Virus record (IMG/VR): IMGVR_UViG_2767802105_000001
Location: 17,248 to 81,247 of that record
Source: a virus
Lineage: Duplodnaviria > Caudoviricetes
Length of the DNA: 64,000 bases
Direction: 5' to 3' (one strand)
Part shown: piece after piece, positions 26,251-35,189 of the stretch
Numbering within the stretch: the first letter of the stretch is position 1
How the letters are laid out: each line of letters begins with the position of its first letter
Position numbers and translations under genes: made by a program
Notes under the pieces: model-generated
Databases searched by the model: none
Told to the model about the DNA's origin: nothing
What the model saw: only the letters and a program-made list of their open reading frames with translations

Positions 26251-26783
26251 GGACTGTCGCCGAGGTCGACGCATTCACCGCCGCCGCTCACGCCGGGCAG
26301 GTGGACAAGATCGGCGTCCCGTACATCGAGCACGTCCGCGCCGTGGCCGCCGGGCTCGCCCCGTTCGGCGACGAGTTGGTGATGGCCGGGCTGCTGCACG
26401 ACGTCATCGAGGACACGGACGTGACCGCCGCCCAGCTGCTTGCCATGGGGGTCCCATTGCGGGTGGTCGGCATCGTCAAGGACGTCACCAACCAGCCTGG
26501 CGTGCCCTACGAGGAGAAGATCCGCCGGATCATCCGCAGCTGTGACGCCACCCTCGTGAAGATCGCCGACAACGCGCACAACAGCCACCCCGACCGTGCC
26601 GCCCTACTCCCCGAAGAGAAGCGGACGCGGCTCGCCGCGAAGTACCGGGCCGCACGTGACGTGCTGTGGGGCGCCGCCGATGACCGGGACATCGAAGCCA
26701 TCGTCACGATCGTCAACCCGGCACTGCTCGACGAACTCCGAGAGCGGCAGACAGACCAGGCCCAGGAGGCGCAGGATGGATGA
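26247..26783 (+). CDS. HD-domain protein, small alarmone hydrolase (SpoT/Mesh1-like)
   Basis: AHAGQ...PYIEH...LLHDVIEDT...VKIADNAHN motifs; no synthetase domain. Confidence 0.8.
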   Translation: MRTVAEVDAFTAAAHAGQVDKIGVPYIEHVRAVAAGLAPFGDELVMAGLLHDVIEDTDVTAAQLLAMGVPLRVVGIVKDVTNQPGVPYEEKIRRIIRSCDATLVKIADNAHNSHPDRAALLPEEKRTRLAAKYRAARDVLWGAADDRDIEAIVTIVNPALLDELRERQTDQAQEAQDG

Positions 26784-27180
26784 TCTGGTGCAGTGGCTGC
26801 GTGTGCAGCTCGACGAGGACGAGCGGACCGCTCGGGCGGCCACGGCTGGTCCGTGGGAGCAGAGCGGCATCGGCGAGTACGGGTGGGGCGTCAGCTTCAG
26901 CGCCCCGGGTGCGGGTGTGGAGGCCGCCGACAGCGACCAGGGTCGGGCGGACGCCGACCACATAGCCGCCTGGGATCCGGCGCGGGTGCTGCGCGAGATC
27001 GACGCCAAACGGCAGGTGATCGCTCTACATCGGGAGCTCGAAGACCCGCAGGAGATGCAGGACTACTGTGCGACCTGCGAGGTCACCGGGAAGTATCCGG
27101 AGTACCCGTGCAAGACGCTGCGCCTGCTCGCCCTGCCCTACGCGGACCGGCCCGGCTACCGCGACGAGTGGCGGCCGTGA
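26776..27180 (+). CDS. DUF6221-like phage protein
   Basis: DPARVLREIDAKR...LRLLALPYADRPGY motif. Confidence 0.75.
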   Translation: MDDLVQWLRVQLDEDERTARAATAGPWEQSGIGEYGWGVSFSAPGAGVEAADSDQGRADADHIAAWDPARVLREIDAKRQVIALHRELEDPQEMQDYCATCEVTGKYPEYPCKTLRLLALPYADRPGYRDEWRP

Positions 27181-27308
27181 CAGCCATCTACCTGCCGGAC
27201 TCGGGCACCCTCCCGCCGTGGGTGGGCATCGTGGTCGCCGTGGCGGTGGTGCCGCTGCTCGCCTACCGGGCGTACCGACTCTGGCGGGCGTGGCGGCGAC
27301 ACCGGTAG
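27177..27308 (+). CDS. Small membrane protein (43 aa)
   Basis: GTGA-coupled; one hydrophobic helix plus basic tail. Confidence 0.55.
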   Translation: MTAIYLPDSGTLPPWVGIVVAVAVVPLLAYRAYRLWRAWRRHR

Positions 27309-27370
27309 CCGCACACGACGAAGGCCCCGCCCGGATCGCTCCGGCGCGGGGCCTTCGTCGTGTGCGGCTA
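27306..27370. terminator. Bidirectional terminator hairpin
   Basis: 25-bp perfect stem 27306-27330 / 27346-27370 between convergent genes. Confidence 0.85.
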
Positions 27371-27862
27371 GCCGAGGCTGCTGGCGAACTCGCCACCCTC
27401 GGCTTCCTCCGCGGTGAGCTGGATCGTTCCGCGGTGGGACACCTCCACCTTGTAGAACTTCTCCCCCTTCGGAACGTCGGGTACGGAGACGTCGAAGATG
27501 CAGGAGCCGTAGCCGGCCTTCTCGCTGTCGCCGAGATGTCCGGTGGCGATGACGTCACCCTTGGCGCCGTAGACGGTGACGCTGGTGCCGTTGCTGATGT
27601 CGTCGTAGCCGCCGGTGCCCTCGCAGGTGTCCCCGACGACGAGGGCGTTCTCGGTGAGGGCGAAGGCCCCTTCAAGGGTGAAGGTGGCGGGCTTGCTGGG
27701 CCCGGTGTTGGCGGTGATCGCCCAGATGCCGCCGACGACTCCGGCACCGATGGCGAGACCGAGGAGTCCGGCAGCGATCGGGCTGATCTTCTTGGCGGGC
27801 GCCGTGGGCGGGGCGGCCGGCGGGGGCGGCGCATCGGGCATGGGCGGTGTGGGCTGGTTCAT
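27368..27862 (-). CDS. Membrane-anchored extracytoplasmic protein
   Basis: Pro-rich N-terminus, TM helix IAAGLLGLAIGAGVVGGIWAI, CEGTGGYDDI domain. Confidence 0.75.
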   Translation of the reverse strand: MNQPTPPMPDAPPPPAAPPTAPAKKISPIAAGLLGLAIGAGVVGGIWAITANTGPSKPATFTLEGAFALTENALVVGDTCEGTGGYDDISNGTSVTVYGAKGDVIATGHLGDSEKAGYGSCIFDVSVPDVPKGEKFYKVEVSHRGTIQLTAEEAEGGEFASSLG

Positions 27863-27996
27863 GATTCCCCCCAGGGAGTTGGTGCCTGACTGCATGATCT
27901 TCATTGCGGAGATGACGTGTAGATGAAGTGGCTGTTCCGTGACCCGAATCGGCGGATCGACCGCCGCCGGGGTGCCGGGCGGGGCAGACTGCTGTC

Positions 27997-28194
27997 ATGG
28001 CGATCCGGGTGAGCGTCCAGGCGGCGACGGAGGACGAGTGCGTCGAGGGCCTCGCCCGCCTGGTCGATGCGGGCTTCCAGCCGGTGATGATGCCCAGGCT
28101 CATGACGGACGACCGCTGGATGGCTCGGGCCGTCCCCACACCCACAGCGAAGGCCCCGGCCGCGGACGGTCGGGGCCCTGCCGTGCCTGGCTGA
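27997..28194 (+). CDS. Hypothetical protein
   Basis: 65 aa ORF, protein-like composition. Confidence 0.5.
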   Translation: MAIRVSVQAATEDECVEGLARLVDAGFQPVMMPRLMTDDRWMARAVPTPTAKAPAADGRGPAVPG

Positions 28195-28503
28195 TCAGCC
28201 GGCCATGTCCCGGTACTCGTCGGCCATGTCGCCGACACCCACCAGGCACAGAGCGGCACGCTCCAGCAGCACCTGCCGCCGCCGGGACGGCTCACTGCTG
28301 GCCTCCGCGATCAGCCGGGCCGCAGCCTTCAACTCCTGGTGGCCGACGATCCCGGCCACCTCCAGATACCCGGCCACCGCACCGAGCTGACCAATAAACG
28401 TGTCCGGGTCGGTGGCAGGGGTGGGCTCGTGGGCGAGGTAGGCGACAGCGACAGCGTGCTGCCGGATGAGACCGTCGACGGTGACCGTGGCGGCGGGCAT
28501 CAA
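28195..28503 (-). CDS. Hypothetical protein
   Basis: Coupled to upstream gene; 102 aa. Confidence 0.55.
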   Translation of the reverse strand: MMPAATVTVDGLIRQHAVAVAYLAHEPTPATDPDTFIGQLGAVAGYLEVAGIVGHQELKAAARLIAEASSEPSRRRQVLLERAALCLVGVGDMADEYRDMAG

Positions 28504-28724
28504 AGACCCCGCCGTGCGGCCTTCTTGAACCGCTTCGGGAGCTGCTGCTCGGCGTCGATGACGGCCTGGTTGAGACGCTGGTACTCGCGGGTTTCGTGGG
28601 TGATTCCGGCGGCGGCTTCACGGGCGGTGTTCTCGGCGAGCGCCGCCTTGGCCCGCTGATAGGCGGCGACGCGCAGGTTCTCGTCAGCGTACACGTCGAG
28701 CTCGTTGCGGCTGGGCTTGGACAT
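28500..28724 (-). CDS. Hypothetical protein
   Basis: AAGGAG RBS; 74 aa. Confidence 0.65.
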   Translation of the reverse strand: MSKPSRNELDVYADENLRVAAYQRAKAALAENTAREAAAGITHETREYQRLNQAVIDAEQQLPKRFKKAARRGL

Positions 28725-28744
28725 GCAGGTCTCCTTGGTGGTGG

Positions 28745-28948
28745 CTAGCGGCGGGGGTACTTGTGGCCGCGGGGCGGATAGTTGCCTGCTGCTGCGGCAG
28801 CCTTGTCGGTGACGAGGCCTTCCAGGACGACGTCCTGGAAGGCCTCACTGAGGCTGCTGTCGGGCGCCCGGTCGAAAGCCTGGTCGGCGGCATCGAGGAG
28901 GGCGCGGGTCCGGCGGTCGTCGTCACGGGGCGTTTCACGGCGCGGCAT
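28745..28948 (-). CDS. Hypothetical protein
   Basis: AGGAG RBS; MPRRETPRDD. Confidence 0.6.
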   Translation of the reverse strand: MPRRETPRDDDRRTRALLDAADQAFDRAPDSSLSEAFQDVVLEGLVTDKAAAAAGNYPPRGHKYPRR

Positions 28949-28956
28949 GGTTTCTC

Positions 28957-29478
28957 CTACTGGTGGCTGGTGTGGGCGTGGCGGGTGGCGCGGTCGAACG
29001 CGGCGAGGACGGGCCCGACGCTGGCCTGCTGGGCGTTCCACGACGGGATCGTCTCGGCATCAGCGAACTGCTGCTGGATGGCGTCGAGGACGGCGACGCA
29101 CGCGTCGTGGGCGAGGTCGCGGTCACCGCGGGCTTCGAGCCGGATCGCCTGGATGGGGCAGACGGCGCCCGACTCGTCGAAGACGGCGTCCCGGCACCAG
29201 CCCGCGGTCTCGATCCGGGCGCGGGCGCGGTGCAGCAGGTCCGCGAGCGGCGTCCGGTTCGGGCTGGGCGTGGAGGCCGGCTTGAGCGGCGGCGGCACGA
29301 TCTCCGCGATGTGCGGGACCGGGTCGGCGCCCGGCAGGTGCCTGGTGCGGGCGGCGAACTCGTCCGCAGCCCGGTCGAGCATCACGTTCATACCGGCCTC
29401 AGCCAGCGCCAGGCGGGCGTCCAGGTCGAGAACGGGCGGGGCGTGCGGGCTTGCGGGCGCACGGGTGGCCGTGAGCAT
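28957..29478 (-). CDS. DUF6197-like protein
   Basis: GWCR...GAVCPIQAI...IPSWN motif. Confidence 0.65.
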   Translation of the reverse strand: MLTATRAPASPHAPPVLDLDARLALAEAGMNVMLDRAADEFAARTRHLPGADPVPHIAEIVPPPLKPASTPSPNRTPLADLLHRARARIETAGWCRDAVFDESGAVCPIQAIRLEARGDRDLAHDACVAVLDAIQQQFADAETIPSWNAQQASVGPVLAAFDRATRHAHTSHQ

Positions 29479-29568
29479 GATGGGGTTCTCCTCGTCGATC
29501 TTCGGGTGGGCGTGGGGACCGGGGCGCCCCTGTGGCTGCCAGGCTGTGAAGGGGCGCCCCGGGCGGAG

Positions 29569-29730
29569 CTACTTGCCGCCGTGGGCGGTGTTGGCCATGA
29601 CGCGGCTCATGGCGACGAGGTCTGCGTCGTCGCCGTTGAGGATCTCTGCAGTGATCGTGTTGATCTCGTCGTCGTCGCCGCGCTTCCACGCATTGGCGAA
29701 GCGACGAACAGGCTCGGACTGGGCTGACAT
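29569..29730 (-). CDS. Hypothetical protein (53 aa)
   Basis: AAGGAG RBS; MSAQSEPVRRF. Confidence 0.55.
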   Translation of the reverse strand: MSAQSEPVRRFANAWKRGDDDEINTITAEILNGDDADLVAMSRVMANTAHGGK

Positions 29731-29753
29731 GGGATCTCCTTCGGTTGGGGTGG

Positions 29754-30167
29754 TCAGACGCGCCAGATGCCGGGGCGTCGCCGGGTCTTCGGGTTCGACG
29801 CCTGCCGGGCCTGCTTCTCCAGGCCACGCAGCTCCGCCTCGTCGAGCACGCCCTCGTAGTCGCCGTTACCGAGCGGGCCGGCGACCTGAGGGGCCGGGTC
29901 GCCGAGGAAGCGGACACCGCGGGGCGGCTCGGTGTAGACCGTGCCGCAGCTGCTCAGCAGGCTGGTCGGCGAGTAGTGGCCGGTGGTCCAGTTGGCACTC
30001 CCCCAGGAACGGCCTGTGAAGGTGTGCTTGTTGTAGACGCGTTCGCTGCCGAGGCCCCAGTCGCGGCCTTCGGCGACCGTGTACACGGTGGTGCCCTTGC
30101 CGCGCCGGTCCAGGTAGCGGGTGAGGTCCCGGGCGCCCTTCTTCGTGGGCTCGAACTTCTCAGACAT
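29754..30167 (-). CDS. Hypothetical protein
   Basis: AAGGAG RBS; 137 aa. Confidence 0.7.
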   Translation of the reverse strand: MSEKFEPTKKGARDLTRYLDRRGKGTTVYTVAEGRDWGLGSERVYNKHTFTGRSWGSANWTTGHYSPTSLLSSCGTVYTEPPRGVRFLGDPAPQVAGPLGNGDYEGVLDEAELRGLEKQARQASNPKTRRRPGIWRV

Positions 30168-30212
30168 GCGGTGATCTCCTTGTTAGATCTTGGGGTTGAT
30201 TTGCGTGTTATG

Positions 30213-30389
30213 GGCGGTCTGTCAGGTGGTCGGCGCCCGGTCTGCCTACTGTTTGCGGCGGTTTGTCACCCGGTCGAGGTCGCGGGCACCCGGTCGGCCG
30301 ACCAGGTCGAACCTGGTGGCGACCGGGCCGTATACCGGGGCATAACGTGTCGAGACCACCCCGCGACCGGGCCTCGACCGGGCGGTTTG
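30213..30389. repeat. Candidate clt (cis-acting locus of transfer) 8-bp repeats
   Basis: CCCGGTCG at 30269 and 30289; CGACCGGG at 30320, 30364, 30375; one-mismatch variants at 30236, 30299, 30302; immediately 3' of traB. Confidence 0.55.
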
Positions 30390-30391
30390 CC

Positions 30392-32449
30392 CTACTTGTC
30401 GAGCGCCTCTGTGAGCTGCTCGAGGGTGTAGCCGTTCGGGTTGGTCATCCCATCGATCGGGCCGAGCTTGCGGGTCCCGCCGGCCTCTGCCTCACGAAGG
30501 CGGGTCTGCAGGGCTGACTCGGTCAGCCCCTCGTAAGCGACCGGCCTGCGCGCCAGCAGCAGCTCCAGAAGCCGCACCGTCCGGGCTCGATCCACCCCGG
30601 CCTCCCTGAGGGCCGCGATGCAGTCGGCCAGCAGCACCTTGTTCGAAGGGGCCGCTTGCTCCGCCGTGCCGTACTCGGCCGCGAAACCGGTGAGAGTGCC
30701 GGCCTCCTTGCGGAGCTGGCGGCCACGCATGCAGATCTCGCGGAACTCGGGGATCGTCATGAAGTCGGTCTTCAGCGTGACGTGTCCTTCTTCGCCACCC
30801 TGGTCGAGGACGACGACGCCCTTCTGGGCGTCAAGCAGCATGTGAGGCGCTGCGCCGGCGGCGACTGCGTCGTCACCGAGGACCATGCGGGAGCTGCTCG
30901 CACCCTTGACACGGAAGCAGGCGCGCTTGCGGCACACCTCGCGCAGCAGCGTCGGCACGCTAGTGGCGTCCGGGCGCTGGGTGATGAACAGGCCCATGCC
31001 GCCCACGTACCGGGAGACGCGCACGAACCGGGCCATCGTCTCGACCAGGACTTCCTTGCCGTTGCGTCCGCGGTCCTTGCTCTCCGGGTCGTCGTCCGTC
31101 TTGATCTTCATCATGGCGGCGGCGTCCAGGAGTTCCTGCAGCTCGTCGACGATCAGCAGGGTCAGGCCGCGCTTCCACTCCTTGGCCAGCTCAGGGGTGA
31201 GCTTGCCCTCGGGGCAGCGCTCCGGGTTCTCCTCGGACAGCTGCTCCAAGCGCTCACCGATCTGCTGCATGTCGGCGATCAGTCCGTTCAGCAGGTCGAG
31301 GAAGGCGAGGATCTTGCCGGGGGTGTTCCCGGCGACGTAGGAGTGAGCGAACTGCTTGGTGCCGACCCAGTCGGGCCCGGCCTTGCCTGTGGCGACGTGG
31401 ACGGTCATGTGAGGGTCGAGGGCCGCGGCGGCAGCTACGAGACGGGCCAGGAAGCTCTTGCCGTAGTCGGGCAGGCCTCCCAGCAGGATGGAGCACCACA
31501 CCAGTTCCAGGGCGTGCCGGGCTCCGCGGGCGTCGATGCCCAACGGCACCCCGTACTGCCAGAAGTCCAGACGGTCCGCTGTCAGCAGCGGAGACGGGAC
31601 CTTCTTGTCACCGTAGGGGTTGGCTTCGCTCGCCACCCACAGCACGACCTGCCCCTCATGGCCGTCCTCGGATGTGTCGGCACGCATCTCGATCTGGGAC
31701 TTCTTCACCCGCATCGACGAGGCGAGCTCTTCAGCGCGCGAGGTCGCGGCGGACGCCTTCATGCCGCGGGGCAGCTCGATTGTGGCTGTCCAGCCGGGGC
31801 CAGCCGGCTGGATGATGCCGACGACGTGCGTCTCGTCGCGCTGAGCTTCGGTGATGACCCCAGCCTTGACCAGGGCGGTGACGAGGTCGGATTCCCCGCG
31901 GATCTGGGCTGCGTCCCGCGGGGCGGCCGGGTTTTGCGGCAAGTCGGTGTCGGGCTGCTTGCGGTCGCGGCCGTGGAAGGCGCCGATACCCCACGCGCCG
32001 AGCCCGGCGAGGAGGTCGAGCCACAGGCTGCCGGTGGCTGCGCCGAAGGTGACGCCACCGGCAACGGCACCGGCCACGCCCGCGGTCTTGCCGGTGTAGT
32101 TGAGGCGGTGCCGCTTGTACTCGGCGCGGAGTTCGGCCCTCCGCTCCTTGAGTCGGGCTTCCTGCATGACGTCGCCGTCGGCTTCGCGGATGGCCCGGTT
32201 GGTGGAGGCGATCATCTGCGGGTAGTCGTCGTGGAACCGGTCGATCCAGCGGCGGCCGAGCTGCCGGTAGCCGCGGACGGTGTGCGGCAGCAGGACAACC
32301 CGGGCGACCTTGTTGGTGGTGTCGGCGACGGCGCGGGCGGACTCGGTCCACTTCTTGCGGTCGGCCGGCGCGTCTTTGAAGACGGGTGTCTCGGCGGGCG
32401 GCGGAACGAGGGCGAGTGTGGGCCGCTCGTCGTACAGCGGGGTGGCCAT
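30392..32449 (-). CDS. traB: TraB-like FtsK/SpoIIIE conjugative DNA translocase
   Basis: 685 aa; N-terminal TM pair, Walker A GGLPDYGKS, Walker B LIVDELQE, TQRP, MVLGD, C-terminal wHTH-like domain. Confidence 0.85.
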   Translation of the reverse strand: MATPLYDERPTLALVPPPAETPVFKDAPADRKKWTESARAVADTTNKVARVVLLPHTVRGYRQLGRRWIDRFHDDYPQMIASTNRAIREADGDVMQEARLKERRAELRAEYKRHRLNYTGKTAGVAGAVAGGVTFGAATGSLWLDLLAGLGAWGIGAFHGRDRKQPDTDLPQNPAAPRDAAQIRGESDLVTALVKAGVITEAQRDETHVVGIIQPAGPGWTATIELPRGMKASAATSRAEELASSMRVKKSQIEMRADTSEDGHEGQVVLWVASEANPYGDKKVPSPLLTADRLDFWQYGVPLGIDARGARHALELVWCSILLGGLPDYGKSFLARLVAAAAALDPHMTVHVATGKAGPDWVGTKQFAHSYVAGNTPGKILAFLDLLNGLIADMQQIGERLEQLSEENPERCPEGKLTPELAKEWKRGLTLLIVDELQELLDAAAMMKIKTDDDPESKDRGRNGKEVLVETMARFVRVSRYVGGMGLFITQRPDATSVPTLLREVCRKRACFRVKGASSSRMVLGDDAVAAGAAPHMLLDAQKGVVVLDQGGEEGHVTLKTDFMTIPEFREICMRGRQLRKEAGTLTGFAAEYGTAEQAAPSNKVLLADCIAALREAGVDRARTVRLLELLLARRPVAYEGLTESALQTRLREAEAGGTRKLGPIDGMTNPNGYTLEQLTEALDK

Positions 32450-32457
32450 GATGCTCC

Positions 32458-33570
32458 TCAGTGGTGGTGGCCGTTGGCGGCGGGGATTCGGCGGGGGGTG
32501 CCGCCTCGCTCGAGGGCTGCTTCGGTCTTGGCGATGGGGTGGAACGGGACCGCGTCGCCCTTGCTCCGGCGGTGCAGCGGAGGGGTCTTGCGGCCACCCT
32601 TCTGTGCCGCCTTCTGGGGCCTCTCAGGGGTGGGGGGTAGATCGGACGCGACCTGCGAAGATCCAGGCCGGTAGATGAGCGGTGAGGGGGATGGGTGGAG
32701 GCGTTCCAGGAGACGTCCGCGAGTACTCACCGGGGAGCCGTTCGCCTCGTCCATGGCGGTCGTCAGAGACTGCCTCGACGCGAGCTGCTGGGCGTGCAGT
32801 GCGGGCGTCATTCCGGGCGTCGCGGTGCCGTAGAAGATCTCCCACGCGGCGGCGAACGCGGCCTCGAACTTGAGGGTCCCGAACGGTGCTGCCGACACGA
32901 GACGCTCGGCCAGGCGGACGACGTCCTTGTGGTCCTTCCAGCGCTTCCTCTCGTGCTTCGCGCGGGCCTTGTCGTCGCTGCGCCGCTTCCGCTCCGCCGC
33001 GTCGACCGTCAGCGTCGTCACCCACTGCCTCACTTCGAAGAACAGCGGGCCGAGGAGGGTGACGGCGGCAAGCCCCCAGCCGACTGCCGGGGCCGTGTGC
33101 CGCCCGTAGTCGTAGTTGATCCACGCGGCGAACCCCGCAGCGGTCAGGGCCAGCCCGCGGAGCAGCCACCGCACCCAGGCGGGGAGCTTCCGTTCGTCGG
33201 CGTAGGCGACGCCGGCGTTCATCACCCAGGCCGCGCCTTCCAGGGCGAACGGCAGGGGCAGCAGCATCACGGAGATCGTGACGAAGTGCATGACCTGCGC
33301 GGGCAGGGATGCGAGCGCGGAAGCGGCGACCAGGGCGAGGGTTCCCTTGCGGTACACGTTGCCCGGGGTGAGGGTCTTCTCCCGGCGGGCGGCGCGGGCC
33401 TGACGGCGACTCGCCTTGTCCCGGCGACGCTGCGCTTCCTCTTCGCGGCGCTCCTTCTTCGCCTCGCGGGCTTCCTCACGGCGCAGCTTGGACTCGAACT
33501 CGCGGTCCTCGCGCCGCTGCTGCGCGTCGGCCGCCTTGTCGGCGCGGCGCTCCTCGAACCAGCTGCTCAC
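32458..33570 (-). CDS. SpdB2-like multi-pass membrane spread protein
   Basis: Charged coiled-coil N-terminus, four TM helices, basic Pro-rich C-terminus; directly upstream of traB. Confidence 0.65.
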   Translation of the reverse strand: MSSWFEERRADKAADAQQRREDREFESKLRREEAREAKKERREEEAQRRRDKASRRQARAARREKTLTPGNVYRKGTLALVAASALASLPAQVMHFVTISVMLLPLPFALEGAAWVMNAGVAYADERKLPAWVRWLLRGLALTAAGFAAWINYDYGRHTAPAVGWGLAAVTLLGPLFFEVRQWVTTLTVDAAERKRRSDDKARAKHERKRWKDHKDVVRLAERLVSAAPFGTLKFEAAFAAAWEIFYGTATPGMTPALHAQQLASRQSLTTAMDEANGSPVSTRGRLLERLHPSPSPLIYRPGSSQVASDLPPTPERPQKAAQKGGRKTPPLHRRSKGDAVPFHPIAKTEAALERGGTPRRIPAANGHHH

Positions 33571-33592
33571 GGTGATCGATTCCTTCCGGGTG

Positions 33593-33793
33593 TCAGAGGG
33601 TGGCGTGCGTGCGGGCCGGACAGTGGCGGAGCCAGGTGATGACGGCGGCCAGCAGCCACGCCGAGGTGGGGACGGCGCCGAGGATCGCGCCGAACCCGGC
33701 GAACGTGGCCGTGACCGGGGCGATGGCGGCGGGCCACAGGCCGACGGTCAGCAGGTACAGGGCGAGCAGCACCCAGGCGATGATGCGGAGCAT
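33593..33793 (-). CDS. Small hydrophobic Spd-like protein
   Basis: 66 aa, two hydrophobic segments, within tra operon. Confidence 0.6.
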   Translation of the reverse strand: MLRIIAWVLLALYLLTVGLWPAAIAPVTATFAGFGAILGAVPTSAWLLAAVITWLRHCPARTHATL

Positions 33794-33895
33794 GGCGACC
33801 TCTCTCGGGGGTCGGTGCGGACGGTGGGGGTTCGGTTGGCGCCCTGGCCTGCTTTGAGGCGGTAGACCCGTGATCGGTCGGCCGGGGCTGGCGGA

Positions 33896-34273
33896 TCAGC
33901 GGTCGACGACCGGCCTTTCCAGGTCGCGGTGTACGACGGAGGCGGTGACGTTCTCGTCGGCGAGGGCCGTCCGGATCGCCTCGGCCACTACCGCGGCCCG
34001 GTGTCGGCCGCCAGCACAGCCGACCGCCACGTTCACGGCCCGGCCGCCCGGCCCGTTGAGGTAGGCCACGACCGCATCAGAGATCGCCTCCACCAGCGCA
34101 GGGATGCCGGGCGTACCGAGGACCGCCTGGCGGACCTCGCTGTCGTGGGCGGTCATGTGGCGCAGCACCGGGGAGACATGCGGGTCCCGGAAGTGGCGGC
34201 GCAGGTCGAGGGTCAGGTGCGCGGCGGGCGGGGCGCCGTGCAGGTAGCCGAAGCTGGTGATCGTGGCGGTCAT
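33896..34273 (-). CDS. RapZ C-terminal domain-only protein
   Basis: ITSFGYLHG...DLR...DP...VGCAGGRHRA motif. Confidence 0.8.
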   Translation of the reverse strand: MTATITSFGYLHGAPPAAHLTLDLRRHFRDPHVSPVLRHMTAHDSEVRQAVLGTPGIPALVEAISDAVVAYLNGPGGRAVNVAVGCAGGRHRAAVVAEAIRTALADENVTASVVHRDLERPVVDR

Positions 34274-34467
34274 CGGCGGCCGGCCTTCCAGCCAGAGCCC
34301 TGCGTCCAGCCGCGGCGCCGGGCCTCGGTGATCATGCCGTTCAGGTCCTCGTGGAGGGCGGCCTCCCGCTTGTGGTCACCGGAGTCCGCGGCTTCCTTCG
34401 CGGCGGTGGCGGCGAGGTCCATGCTCTGCTGGAGGTCGGCGTCGCTCGCCTTGGTGTACCAGGCCAT
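34270..34467 (-). CDS. Hypothetical protein
   Basis: GAGGAG RBS; 65 aa. Confidence 0.6.
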   Translation of the reverse strand: MAWYTKASDADLQQSMDLAATAAKEAADSGDHKREAALHEDLNGMITEARRRGWTQGSGWKAGRR

Positions 34468-34605
34468 CAGGGTTCTCCTCTTGATCGATTGGTTGACGGG
34501 GGTGCAGCGCCCCGGTCTGCGTTTGCGGCATAGGCCCGTGATCGGCCAAGCCGGGGCTGGGGTGCCGGGACGCGGTGGGGGTTCCGCGCCCCGGCGGTGG
34601 GCGGG

Positions 34606-34845
34606 TCAGGCGGCGGCGGGGTAGTCGAAGCCGTCGAGCTCGGCGACCAGGTCGGCGTCCATCCCGGCCGCGTAGTCGCGCACGGCGGCCATGCGGGCCG
34701 GGTCACCGGAGCGGCGGGCGTCGGCGTACTCGGCGAACAGGTCGGCGATCGACAGGGTCAGCGCGTCGGCGACGGTCGTGATCGTGCGGGCCTTCAGGCC
34801 GATCTCGGTGCGGCCCAGGTCGGCGGAGAACAGGTACGGAGACAT
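34606..34845 (-). CDS. Hypothetical protein
   Basis: AAAGGG RBS; 79 aa. Confidence 0.6.
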   Translation of the reverse strand: MSPYLFSADLGRTEIGLKARTITTVADALTLSIADLFAEYADARRSGDPARMAAVRDYAAGMDADLVAELDGFDYPAAA

Positions 34846-35024
34846 GGCGGTGCCCTTTCGGGTGCAAGAAGTGGATGGGGATGGGGTGGGGTGGAGGGCC
34901 GCGGCCGGCGGGACGGGGGGTTGACACCGCCGGCCGCGGCGGCATGGGGCGGGCAGTCAGCCCTGGGGGTGGGGGCGCGGCGGCCGAGTCGGCAAGGGCT
35001 CCTTCGCCCGCTCGTGCTCGGCCA

Positions 35025-35189
35025 TCACGCGGCCTGGTGCAGGTGGCGGCAGCGGTCCCGCCAGTCCAGGTGGACCGGGCACGTCACCCGCTGCTCGGCC
35101 GGGACCTCCCGGGCCGTCTCCTGGTACAGGCGCCGCAGCAGATCGTCGGAAGCGTCCGCGCGGATCGCGGCAACCGTCGAGTTCGCCAT
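35025..35189 (-). CDS. Small Cys/His protein (54 aa)
   Basis: TGATG-coupled; TCPVH...CRHLH. Confidence 0.5.
   Translation of the reverse strand: MANSTVAAIRADASDDLLRRLYQETAREVPAEQRVTCPVHLDWRDRCRHLHQAA

Noticed and set aside
30392-32449. Host cell-division FtsK or type VII secretion EccC
   Set aside because: Single ATPase domain, divergent Walker A, and spd/kor-like gene context fit TraB better
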